The notes under the pieces were generated by a model. That model was not told the origin of the DNA. It saw nothing but the letters and a program-made list of their open reading frames with translations, and did no database searches. The position numbers and the translations under genes are program-made. A stretch of DNA of 64,000 nt from Octopus sinensis. Its lineage: Eukaryota. The DNA is taken from the NCBI RefSeq assembly GCF_006345805.1, contig NC_043001.1:98332001-98396000 (forward strand), given 5' to 3'. Positions 39,226 through 52,085 of this stretch are shown piece after piece. How positions within the stretch are numbered: the first letter of the stretch is position 1; every line of letters begins with the position of its first letter.

Positions 39226-41914
39226 CACATACATATATATATATGCCCTTTGAAAACTTTATATATAAGAAGATTACATTGTTTTTCTCCATTAGAGAAT
39301 ACCAATTGCTTAGCTGATATAGATTTTGTTAGGTAGAAAACATTTGTAATACATGTATCTTTTCGAAAATTAAAAAAAATACAGTAAATATTATTTATGT
39401 CACACCCACTCCTAAGCCGAGGGAACGTCAGAAAGAATCTGTAATCCTCAAATTTACTGCATTAGGGTTAAATTAACGATATACGAACAAGTAGAGAAAT
39501 GTCTTATCTACATGATCATTCTGTTTACATATCATTTAGAATACATAAGGGTGTTTATACAAAGAGAACTCTCTAAGAACTTTTCAAAAGCAGAACAGAA
39601 GAAGCGAGACATAAAACGAAATGCAGTAAATTACAATCTATATCCTGCAGAAACGGGCTACAATTGAAAGGTCTACACTGATTGATATCCTGAAAGGAAA
39701 GGAAGGCGATTGAGTTCAGGTTTCCAGATGCAATTATTAAGTATTATGTTGTTAGCTAATAAAGTAGTAGCTACATTGCATAGCGGCGGTCATTCCTTAA
39801 TAATTCCACCCTTAGAGGTCAAATCTGTTCGGACAACTGAAAGCCATTCGTAATTGTCTTTTCAGAGTCGAACCACTGTTCATCCGTCTTCGTTCCCCTC
39901 CTCGCTTACGTTAATCATTACCGTCGTATTCATTGTCCTTGTTCACAGCATCATAACCATAGTAATCTTTACAAACACTGGCACCTTTATATATCCACTT
40001 CAACTCCTCCTCACCCTTTCCTACTTGCATACAATCACAATTATTAGTATCCATTTTATCACCATCTCATAAATCTCGAATTACAATGATATTTTGCTTG
40101 TCTTTGGATACGAGAAGAATTAAAACTAGGTTTCAAAGGTATAACCTTGGTGGTTAACAAGATATCAGCTAAAATGAATTGAAAACACCCCTGCAGGGTA
40201 AATGACAGGAACAAAAGTTTGATTAAAATATATAGATCCAAAAGAAAATGACAACTGACATACTGTAGTGAAAACATGCAAAATTTCTGAAATAAAATGG
40301 CAAGACCCTTGAAAATGTAGGATAATAAACCAGAATTTAATTTAAAATTATCATCATTGCCTGACAGGAATAATCATATATGCATATAACCATTTCAGTT
40401 GGCAAAGCATTGCTGGAAGTATTTTGGACATTTTCGTTTTCAAAGAAATATTTCTAACAGCATATCGTCTATTATTGGTTCAAATTATTCATATAAAATA
40501 AGGTATGTTTGACCTTTTAGTTGAAGCCAGTGAAAGATATTTTAATGTTTGGAGACTGGAAGTTTGGCATTTAAGACACTCCTTTATTAGACGTGTATTT
40601 TTATCTCATCTCGTCTTCGTTTTTATATTTATCTAACTGTCACAGTATATGATGTTTGGTTATTATCGCAATTGACATAAGCAAGTTTGCCTCCTTCTCC
40701 TTCGGCCTAGGATGGGAATATGTGACAGGTCTCGATATACGTGCAGCGTATTATTTAGATGCATGCAGTTGGAAATTTCACGTAGAATTTCAGATAAGTT
40801 TGTCATCTGTTTTACCCATTCACAAATGACAAGAAGTGGGCTCTAGAAAGCAAAGGTTGCTGGGAGGAAACAAATTTTATAGACAGATGTCAGTGCACTG
40901 TTTTCGGTGAAGGTAGATTTCAGGTTAAAAAATACTATACAATATTACTTCTAGTAATATGATATATCTTTCTTTAACTGGAAGTAGATTTTTTCCCTCT
41001 TAAATTGTTCATCACAGATAAGCTGGTCTGGTAAGAAAAATTCTGCCTCTAATAATAAAATACACACATCCAATCATTTGAATCTAAGATGGCATTCATT
41101 ATAAGTAAGTCTTTAGACTAATTAAATAAGTCTCCCTTATTAAAAACTTTCTATGTCCAGATTCTCATAGGCCTATTCTCTCTCTCTCTCTCTCTCTCTC
41201 TCTTTCATACACTCTCCCTCCCTTCTAATGACAATATTTCAGAACATAACTAAATGTTTCCGAACACATTTTGTATATGGCATTTCTTCTTGAAAGCATT
41301 TACTGAACCTAGAACTTTTCCTCTGTATCCATTCTCTGTTTCTCTAACTTAGCCCTATACGAAAACTTACTTGGGAGTTCTATTTTTTGAATTGTATCAT
41401 TATCAGGTTTCCCTGATATCTATGCATTAAATTTATTATGTTTCTTTTTATCTTTTCCCTTCTATTTCGAGTTTACTCCTCAATTAATGAACGAGAGTAA
41501 ATGAAATTGCTATTGTTTTTTGATTCAACAAGATGTTAATTGAAGTTGAACAAATTCAGATTTATCACAAATTAAGTTACGAAGTTTGCATAGCAAAATT
41601 TAGGTTTTCATTATTCACCTTTGGCCAATTAATTTGCTAAAAGTAAATAGATGTAGATTTATCATAAATTAAGTTGCTGAAATATAAGAAAATTTAAGCT
41701 TTCTTTATAGGACTAAATAATAGTCTGGACAAAAAAGTTACAAATCCTTTAATATGTAAATGCATATATAGATCCCACATTTCCGAGCACATGTAATATG
41801 CTGACTGCAGTACGTACTACAGCTTAATAAAATAGACACTTTGATTGATCAACTACAAAAAGGTTTAACATCTTGACATTAATTCACATCCAAAGCATAC
41901 TTGCTGCTCCTAAG

Positions 41915-42525
41915 GCTGGGAGCTGGCAGGATCGTTAGCACACCGGGCAAAATGCTTAGCGGCATTTCGTCTGTCTTTACGTTCTGAGTTCAAATTCCGA
42001 CTTGGTCGACTCTGCTTTTCATTCCTTTCATCCTTTCACTTGAGCAATGAGATCGATGTAATCGACCTAAATCTGCTCTCGAAATTACTGGCGGCGTGCC
42101 AAAATTTGAAACCAATATTAACTCTGTTCCTAAGCTGGTAGATTCGTTAAACATCTATAGGCGTAGGAGTGGCTGTGTGGTAAGTAGCTTGCTTACGAAC
42201 CACATGGTTTCGGGTTCAGTCTCACTGCGTGGTATCTTGGGCAAGTGTCTTCTACTATAGACTCGGGCCGACCAAAGCCTTGTGGGTGGATTTGGTAGAC
42301 GGACACTGAAAGAAGTCCGTCGTATATATGCATATATATATGTATGTGTGTGTATATGTTTGTGTATCTGTGTTTGTCTCCCAACATCGCTTGAACTTAG
42401 CGGTTCGGCAAAAGAGACCGATAGAATAAGTACTGGGCTTACAAAGAATAATTCCTGGGGTCGATTTGCTCGACTAAAGGCGATGATCCAGCATGGCCAC
42501 GGTCACACGATTGAAACAAGTAAAG
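41915..42525 (+). mobile_element. SINE A (41915-42110) and SINE B (42158-42525)
   Basis: Family consensus heads and bodies. Confidence 0.8.
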
Positions 42526-43394
42526 GATCAAAAACTGTCCAACTGAAATTGAATCGCAAAACTAAAATTTGATCTATCGTTATTTTTGACAGAACAGACT
42601 ATATTTATAATAACTGCCAGATCCACTGTGTTATAATTATAACCCATAGAAAATGTACTCATGACCCCTAGAAAATTTACATATGACCCCCTATAAAATG
42701 TACTCACTCTTTCATCCTCTCTGTTTGCTCGCATTTCTCTATTTTAAAATGAAACTGCAGAAAATGATAGCAAAGATAGGTGAACGTTAAACAATATCTG
42801 ATATAAAGATTTCTTGTTTAACCTATGTAACTTAATAAAACGTGAGATGAAATTAATCGAAGTTCAGAAATATCCCGCTAGGTTTTCAAACTCACATATA
42901 CATCAGCTAACAGTTACATCTACGTGGTATCTCTTTCTGATGTCAATTTTGATCTTTTACGTGTGTAAATTGATGTTATTGAGTTGTAGCATAGGCATTT
43001 TTCAGACAGGATCAATGTCTTGAGAACTGCATTATCCAATATGTTTTTCATTCTTTGCACCATCAGATCGATCAACGATCGTTGGTAACTTTTCCGACAA
43101 CAGTGTGTTCAGGTTATGGAAGAAATAAAGATCGCTTTCCGTTGCCGCTCTTCGATGTTTTATACAAGCCGCCATCTTGCTGGTTATAGCCAGTTCTGAG
43201 AGCGCGCGATGAAGTGTGAGATCATAGTAAAATAGGGAAGAGAGAGAGGAATAGTGAGAGCGATAGAGGGAGAGAAATGGGGAGAGGAAGAGGGAGAGAG
43301 AGAATAGAAGAGTGTGAAAGAGAGAGGAAGAGAGATAAATGCACCTGGACAGGGATGAGAGTGCAGAAATCTATAACAAATATTGGCTACAAAT

Positions 43395-43940
43395 TTTGGT
43401 ACAAGGCCAGCAATATTGGCGGAGGGGGTTAGTGGATTACATTGACCCCAGTGTTCAACTAGTATTTATTTTATCGACCCCGAATAGGTAAAAAGCAAAG
43501 TCTACCACTGCAGAATTTGAACTCAGAATGAAATGACGCTAAGCACTGCACCTGGGGTGCTATCGTTTCGGCTAGCTTCTCGCCTTAGAACAAATGTTCT
43601 TTTCTGCTCTAGGCTTCTTCTTCTTTGTTCCTTCTCAAGCCATGCCTGGCTCATAGGGCCGGTTTCCTGGTTTCCTTGGCGTATAGGTTCCTCACCTGGA
43701 CGGGACGCCGGTCTGTCGCAGGTGAGCTGCAAGGTGCAGGAGGAAAGAGTGATAGAAAGTTGTGGCGAAAGAGTCAGCAGAAGTTCGCCATTACCTTCTG
43801 TCGGAGCCGCGTGGAGCTTAGGTGTTTCGCTTATAAACGCACACACACATTAGATCGACCCCAGTTCGCAACTAGTACTTAATTTATCTATCCCGAAAGG
43901 AAGAAAGGCAAAGTCGACCTCAGCGGAATTTGAACTCAGA
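43395..43940 (-). mobile_element. SINE cluster: family A pieces flanking a C/D chimeric SINE (43620-43845)
   Basis: Family consensus blocks. Confidence 0.7.
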
Positions 43941-44375
43941 AACATAGAACAACTATTACATGGGATATTCCGGCCAAGATGCTTACAGCTTTACTGATTC
44001 GCCATCTTCCATATCGTGTATGTGATATTATTTTTTTTTAGCTGTTTTCACGCAAAAAGGATTTATTATATAATTTCATGATGGCAAATTGTTTACTCGC
44101 AGAGCTAATGAGGGAAACCCTCTACGCAGTCACTCAACTTGGTAGAAATAACCACAACATTTGACCCCACTCATTTCTCATCTTACCGCTTTAAAACCAG
44201 GAGTAGTCAATATTTACTTACTTATATAAAAATTTAGCGTGTGATAAGAGGAAATTTAGTCGGTATTTTTAACAAGCTGAGCGGCAGCGTAGAAGCCTTC
44301 CTTTCCTGGCTCGGCGAATAAGAAATGCGGTATCAAGAAAGTATCCATCAACACTTTTGTTCGAAACATCATAAT

Positions 44376-44430
<55 letters not shown>

Positions 44431-44495
44431 GCAGCAGCAGCTACAACAACAACAACAACAACAATAATAATAGTAATACTAATACTAATAATAAT

Positions 44496-45053
44496 GAATG
44501 CCCTGATGCAATACCAGGCAGTGGCTCTCATGGCTTCTGATCTTAACTGATTGGCAGTGTTACCATGTTCATTGTTTTGTCTTGGTATAAAAGATGGGCT
44601 ACAGCAACTATTCCGTTCAATACCACAGATTTGCTTGCCAGTTGTTTGACCTTGACTAGTTGAGCATGTCCCTTAGTGGATGTTCATATGTGCATCTCTG
44701 ATCATGAACAAAAATAGTAGGGGAGCATCATAGCCATGTGTTGAGAGGGGTTCTTTGAGATTTGGATAATTCACCTTTGGAAACATGGGTGGTTCGTTCA
44801 ACATCCTTAAACAATCCTTATTCAGGGACCTTTTGAGCAGGATGGGCTACTCAGCCTGAAGAAAATTCTAATTGGGCCCCACCTGCAAGGTCATGTGCTG
44901 TTTATCTTGATATGAGATCACCATGTCGCGCACATATGGTTGTGATGCATGTGCCTGGTGTACCCTTATCAGACGGGTAGTTATGATGGGTATATTGGGC
45001 TTCGTATATTTTACCCCAGTGTCACGTTGATGGCATGAACTGCTCTCTCACTC

Positions 45054-45130
<77 letters not shown>

Positions 45131-45895
45131 GATGGTAATAATGATAGCAATAATACTAATAATAGTATTACTAATAATAATGATGCTAATAATAATAATA
45201 ATAACAATAAAATAATAATAATAATAACAATAACAAACATTGTTTTGTCTTGGTATAAAAGATGGGCTACAGCAAATATTGTGCTCAATACCATAGATTT
45301 GCTAGTCAGTTGTTTGACCATAACCAGTTGAGCATGTCCCTTAGTGGCTGACGATATGTGCATCTCTGATCACGAGCAGAAGTAGTGGGGGAGCATCATA
45401 GCCATGTGTTGAGAGGGATTCTTTGGGGTTTGAATAATTCACCTCTGGAAACATGGGTGGTTCTTTCAACATCCTTAAACAACCCTTATTCAGGGACCGC
45501 TTGAGCGGGATAGGCTACTCAACCTGAAGAAAATTCTAACTGGGCCCCACCTGCAAGGTCATGTGCTGTTTATCTTGATATGAGATCACCATGTCGCGCA
45601 CATATGGTTGTGATGCATGTGCCTGGCGTACCCTTATCAGACGGGTAGTCATGATGGGTATATTGGGCTTCGTATATTTGTACCCCAGTGTCACTTTGAT
45701 GGCATGAACTGCTCTCTCACTCAATAATAATAATACTAATAATAATAATAATGACGATAATAATAATAATAACAACATATGGTTGTGATGCATGTGTCTG
45801 GTGTACCCTTATCAGACGGGTAGTCATGATGGGTATACTGGGCTTCGTATATTTGTACCCCAGTGTCACTTTGATGGCATGCACTGCTCTCTCAC
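44496..45895 (+). mobile_element. Three variably 5'-truncated copies of one retroelement 3' end, each followed by (AAT)n (Dong/R4-like targeting)
   Basis: Copies 44496-45053, 45236-45722 and 45775-45895 share the 3' end gatggcatgMactgctctctcac before (aat)n. Confidence 0.75.
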
Positions 45896-45920
45896 ACAAT
45901 AATAATAATAATAATAATAA

Positions 45921-45958
<38 letters not shown>

Positions 45959-46498
45959 AACCAAATACAGAGATAATTCGTCATTATTAATTAAACCTTA
46001 GTATTTTTATATTCAATAGATAAAAATCATGTTTCCCTAAACTAGTTACATACGCGTCTGATATTGGCAATTTTGCTATTCATAAAGAAGACCAAAAAAA
46101 TAAAAAGAAAATAGAAGAGATAGAAAGAGAGAGGAGGGGGAAGAAAAGTAAAAATAGCTCGTAAATCAACATTAAAAAAATGAAGATATAAATTAGCTGT
46201 AAAACGAGGAATACCAGGAAAAAATTACAAAATGAAAAGAAAAGAGCACTGTTCAAATTTTAAAATTCCCGAAAACAATAATACTAATTATGAAGAATTT
46301 TGGCGAATTTTTAATCAAACACAAAGAAATTCCTGTCAGATTTATTTCGCTAAAGATTCCAGTAAATGGTCTGGTATATTAATTAATAAACAATTTGTAT
46401 TCATTCAATGACTATCACTGCGGAACCCAAGATGGAAAGATAATATATATATATATATATATATATAATTATATATATATATATATATAAATAAATAA

Positions 46499-46529
<31 letters not shown>

Positions 46530-46539
46530 TATATATATA

Positions 46540-46629
<90 letters not shown>

Positions 46630-46997
46630 CTATATAATATATATATATATGTGTATATATATATATATTAGAATATATATATATTATGTGTCTTATATAT
46701 TATATATATTATATGTAGTAATATATATATAATATATATATATATATAATATATGTATAATTATATTATATATATATACTATATATATTATATGTATATA
46801 TATAGTTATATGTATATATAATATATACTTGTATATATGTATTATATATATATATATATATAGTATATATGTATTATATATGTTATATGTATTATTATAT
46901 GTATATATATATATATATACTAAATCCTTAAATCCTTAAAAATGTTTTAGCCCGAAGGCCGCGGCCATGCTGGGGCACCACCGCTGAATGAGCCACA

Positions 46998-49965
46998 CTA
47001 GTTTGTGAATCCACCTCTGATACGTGGCACTTGATCCACAAGGGAGTTCGATGCTGCTGCCCGCATCCGTGTCTCCTGTCGTGAGGTAGGTCATCTGGGA
47101 CTCCCAACAAGAAGAGATCCAGTTTAGTTTTAAAGAAACCCACATCCACACCATGTAAGTCTCTCAGGCATTTAGGGAGGATGTTGAAAAGCTGTGGTCC
47201 TCTGAAACCCAAGCTGTTGCAGTATCTGGACCTGTATTTTGATGGTGATGTTGGAATCCTTGGCACCACGCAGCGGCGCCCCGTTCTGCGGTTGGAGTAA
47301 CTTTGAATGCCAAAGTTTGGGATAAGACCCTCCAGGATTTTCCAGATGTATATTACTGCATATCTCTCCCGCCTCCGCTCCAGGGAGAAGAGGTTTAATA
47401 CCTTCAGTCTTTCCCAGTAGCTGACATTTTGCATTGAGACGATTTTCTTTGTGTAGCTTCTCTGAGTTGCTTCGAGTTCTGCTGTTTGTTTTATATTGTG
47501 TGGTGACCAAAGTTGGGAGCAGTAGTCCAAGCGGCTGAGGACAAATGTTTTCCATAGGACCATCAGTGTCTCCTTCTCTCTTGTTCTGAAAGTTCGGAGA
47601 ATCCATCCAGCTAGCCGTCTGCATTTTATCACCAGATTAGCAATATGCATTTGGAAAGATGCATCATTGCTCATGTCAATGCCCAGGTCACGCACTGATT
47701 TTGACTCAGGGATTGCAATTCTTCCTGGGCCAGTGTATCCAGTCTTCACGTCATTTACCTTTGTGTGCCAGTAGCGCAGGGCCTGGAACTTACCTGCATT
47801 AAACTGCATGTTGTTGTCCTCAGCCCACCTGTATATTGTGTCCAGCTCATGTTGCAGATGCGCAATATTTTCAGGGTTCTGTATTGCGTGGGAGACTTTG
47901 TGTCATCTGCATAGCTAGCAAGGGTGGTCATCGTAGCAACTGAAGGCATGTCTGAAAGGGCCACTATGAACATCAGTGGCCCCAAGACAGTGCCCTGTGG
48001 GACACCGCTTGTTATTTGCGTTTCCCTGGAGGTGGCTCCATTGCTCACAACTGCCTGTTTTCTGTCTTTTAGGAAGTTGTGCAGCCACTCTCCAAGTTTC
48101 CCGCCTATGCCGAGACCACGCAGTTTATGACAGATCATACCATGGTCGACTTTATCAAAGGCTTTTGCAAAGTCAAGATATATTACATCCACATTTGAGC
48201 CATTTAGTAGCTGTTTCAACACCCAGTCATAGTGCTGCAGGAGCTGTGTTAGGCAGCCTCTACCTGGTCGAAATCCATGCTGGGTGTCAGACAGTAAGTC
48301 ATTTTCTTCAAGGAACATGATTAGTTTCTTACGGACTATTCGTTCCATGACTTTGCTGATGTGTGAGGTCAGAGAGATAGGCCTATAATTTTTAGCATCT
48401 GCTCTGCTACCTCCCTTATGGATAGGGCATATTACCCCCTCTTTCAGTTTGACTGGGAGCTTACCACTTGCAAGAAAGCTCTGAAAAAGAAGCTGTAGCG
48501 GTTTTGCAAGGGCTCGTTTGCACGATTTGAGAAGGATCGCTGGGAATCCATCAGGTCCAGCAGCTGAGTTTGTGTCAATCTCATCAATGGCTAGTGTGAT
48601 ATCTGATATCATCTTCTTCGATGTTGATGTACTCAATTTTTGTCTCTTTGGCCGCTGGTAAAGTGGCAAAGAATTCTTCTGGGTTGTTTACTTGCCTGTG
48701 TCCTAGAGGTGTAGTGAACACACTTTGGAACTGTTCGTTCAGTATTTCACTTATCCTCGTGGGATTTCCTGTGAGAGACATCTTTTTGGAAGAGAGGTCC
48801 TATTCTCTGGTGCACTGTGGCTGTCTCTTTGGCAAACTTAAAGAAAGCTTTAGGGTTTGATTTTATATTTTCTATTACCCAAGCTTCTTTATCTGCTCTC
48901 TCCTTTTCATGGGACTGATGTAGACTTTTCTCAGTTTCCATTAGCATTCTTTCGAGCCGAGACTTCTCACCACTTTGGTGTGCTTGCTCAGGCGGTTTGC
49001 AATCCTTGTCCGTCGTCTCATAAGAATCCTCCTTTCTCTAGGGATCCTGTTTTTATTCTTGTGTGTGCTGGCCCTGCACATTGGGACATATTTGTCACAT
49101 ATGGCTTGTATTATGGACATGAAGTGTTTGTGTTTCATGTTTATGTCCGGTGTGGAGAGACATTCAGGCCAATCCTGTTTGAGGATCTCTTTCTCAATCG
49201 ACTTCCAGTTGGCTTTATGAAAGTTTAAGTTGGAGAGATGGTGGGTGCTTCGTATAGGCTGTGTGTCTGCGGGGGCTTTTGTTCCATACATAGACAGCTC
49301 TATTATGTTGTGATCCGAGATCATTGTCGGCATCACATTAACATTATGGATAATATCCATATTGTTTGTAAAGCAGAGATCCAGTATATTATCTGCCCTT
49401 GTTGGTTGCAGAACTATTTGCTCCATGAAAGAGGTATTTGTGAGATGGAGCAGGGACTCCACCTGTGCCTGCTGATGGTGTGTCATCCCTGGGAGCATCT
49501 GCCCCCCAGGCCATTCCACATTGGGGAGGTTAAAGTCACCCATGAAGAATACACTGTTGTGCTGTTCAAGGTTGGTGAGGACTTCTCCTATTTTTGTTAG
49601 GCAGTCTTCAAACATGCCTGAGTGTTTTGGGGCGATATGTAGTGCATATGACGATATTCAGTTGTCTTATGTGTACAATTTGAGTTTCACATACTGAGTT
49701 TGAATATGACAGCAGGACCTGGGGCGTGAGGTCATCTCGGATGTACATTGCAACTCCACCATGGCTCCTCCCTTTTCTATCTGTGCGTATGACTGCATAT
49801 TGCGGCATGTGTATTTCTGCATCACCTATATCGGGTTCAAGATGCGTTTCTGTGAGTGCCATGCATATAGCTTGATTGCATGTCACAAGGTCTCTCAGGA
49901 ATGAAATTTTCTTTTTACAGTTTCCGCGCAGCAGCCCTCCTACATTCAGTAGAAATATTTTTGGT
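46998..49965 (-). pseudogene. LINE ORF2 (APE endonuclease plus reverse transcriptase), split by several frameshifts
   Basis: LLNVGGL, LTETHL, GGVAMYIR, GDFNLP, LDLCFTN, SDHN; GPDG, NYRPISLTS, QHGFRPGR, YLDFAKAFDKVDH, GVPQGTVLGP, YADDT. Confidence 0.95.
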
Positions 49966-50059
49966 GTGTGTGTTGGTGTTGGTGTCTGTGGTGGCCATCC
50001 TGCATCTGTTGGAGGTGGCCTTATGTGGTGGTAGTTCCAGCTTTGTGCTTGTAGCCAGG

Positions 50060-50839
50060 TCAGCTGCTGAACAATTTTTTGTGCCATGCACAAAAAGACT
50101 GCTGTTCAGCTGCCGCCTTTCTCACATCTGGGTGAAGCTGGCCACCTGTTGGGTTTCCGCGCACCACATCTGCATACCGTCTTTCAGTAGTGGTCAGTGC
50201 GCTTTTTTCCCTTCTTTTAACTTTTGTTTTTGTTTTGTTCTCCCTGAGGGAGGGACCTCTGTCTCGCGTCCGTGCGGTTTTGGTAGGGCCTCCGATGTGC
50301 AAAGCGACAGTTTGCACCTTCAACGCCGTACCAGCAGTCCCCCCTCAGGTAGAATTTGCAGGTGTTTCTTTCCCTGCCCTTACAGTTTTGCTGGGGTCCC
50401 TCTGCTTTCTCTGGACAGGGCTTCCTTTAGCCTTGATTCTGTCACCCTTTACCTCCTGCTTCCCATCAATTCCCTTTGCTTTCCTTCTTGCGGCCATCGC
50501 ACCTCTTTGGTCTTCAGTTGTGGTGTTGGAAGCTGGACATTGTGTCATCGTTTCCCTTGTTCCAGGCTTCTCCATTTGGCTCTGGATGCTTTCCTCATCC
50601 TTTTGGCCCTCCCTGCTGCCGTCACCTCCCAGGATGATGTCCAGGGTGTCCATATGTTGCCTGATTAGAGCGTACGAACGGATAACTTCTCTCTTCTTTC
50701 GCTCTATCTGGGCGGTGGTTCTCGAAAAATTGTTGCTTTTCAGCGCCGCAGCAATAATTTCGTTCGGCGAGTCGTCCTCAGCGATCTTCCAAGCGCGGAC
50801 GAACAATTGCACCTCTCTCGCAGACCAGTTTCTTGCCAT
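50060..50839 (-). pseudogene. LINE ORF1: N-terminal Myb/SANT-like domain plus CCCH zinc finger, frameshifted
   Basis: WSAREVQLFVRAW...IAAAL...FSRTTAQIERK. An alternate frame at 50295-50360 reads CKFYLRGDCWYGVEGANCRFAH. Confidence 0.7.
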
Positions 50840-50857
50840 TTTCTTCTAGTGAAATAT

Positions 50858-52085
50858 AGGAACAGAGAGAGAGATAGAGAAGGAGAGATATGGAGAGGGA
50901 GAAGAGAAAGGAGAAAAGCCAGGGGGGGATAGAGAGAGAGACGAGGGGATTTCCTGAGAGAAGAGAGAAAGAGAGAAAATAAGAGGGAAAAAAAGAGAAA
51001 GGTGAGAGAATGGCAGGTCAGCAGGGGGAGAGTGAGCGGGATAGAGGTGTAGTAGAAAGGGACAGGGTGGAAAAGTGAGACAAGAGGGTGGACCCTAGGG
51101 GGGGCAGGGAGAAGAAAGGCGGAGAGATAAAATGGAGAGGAAGAGAGAGATGAAATGGAGAGGGGAAAGGAGAGGGCAGGAAGAGGTACCAGGGAGTGAA
51201 GTAAAGGGACAGAGAGGGTGGTGTGGAGGAAGGAGACAGAGAGAGGAAAAAATGGAGAGGAAGAGAGATGAATGGAGAGGGAGAGAGAGGGCAGGATAAG
51301 GTACCAGGGAGTGAAGTAAAGGACAGAGAGGGTGGTGTGGAGGAAGGAGACAGAGAGAGGAAAAAAGAGACAGGGGGGTGGTGAGCCTTAGAGGGAACAG
51401 GGAGAGGAAAGGTAGGAAGAAAAAAGGGGGGAAGAGGAAGAGAGGGGGCGCAACAGAGTGTAGTAAAGGGACAGGGAGGGTGGTGTAGAGAAAGAAATAA
51501 GGGGACAGAAGGGGAAGAGGAAAAGGGGTTTGACCTGTGAAGGAGCGGAGAGGAAAGAGGCAGAGAGAGGGGGGGGAGTAACAGAGAGAGAGGAGAAAGA
51601 GGGCGGTATATAGATACAAGAGAGAATGAGTGAAGTTGAGGAACTGAGAGAGGGGGTGAGGTGAGAGAAAGTTGATCTGAGAGAGATGCAGAAAGAGAAA
51701 CGATTGCAGAGGGAGAGAGAGGGAGGAGGGGAGAGTGAGAGCGGAAATAGAGGGTCTGGTGGATGGGGAGACAGATAAGGTATAAACAGTATGAGAGAGA
51801 TAGAAATAGAAATGTAAGAAAGAGAGGGAGAGATTATAAAGATAGAATAGCGCGTATTTTATATCTTTTTAATTATTATTTTCTGTTTGAAAGAACACTA
51901 ATGATAACAAATAATAAAAATGTATGAGAGAGATAGAAATAGAAATGTAAAAAAGAGAAAGAGAGTGCGTGGCAGGCACGAAATTATAAAGATTATAAAG
52001 ATAGAATACCGCGTATTTTTATATTTTTATATCTTTTTTGTTTTTTTAATTATTTTCTGTTGAAAGAACACTAATGATAACAAGA
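50858..52085. repeat. Polypurine/polypyrimidine tract with internal duplications of about 120-160 bp
   Basis: GA-rich on the plus strand. 51130-51250 resembles 51250-51365; 51790-51910 resembles 51922-52082. Confidence 0.8.

Larger units (their letters stand above)
46921..50850 (-). mobile_element. Near-full-length CR1-like non-LTR retrotransposon; 5' UTR may extend to about 52.2 kb
   Basis: ORF1, APE endonuclease and RT in order, a 3' stem-loop, an 8-bp tandem tail (aggattta)2, and a 3' end abutting a long (TA)n. Confidence 0.95.

Noticed and set aside
49880-50849. Long plus-strand ORFs of 262 and 219 aa
   Set aside because: They are antisense shadows of LINE ORF1.
51095-51619. 174-aa Leu/Pro/Ser-rich ORF
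   Set aside because: It is a translation of the polypyrimidine tract.
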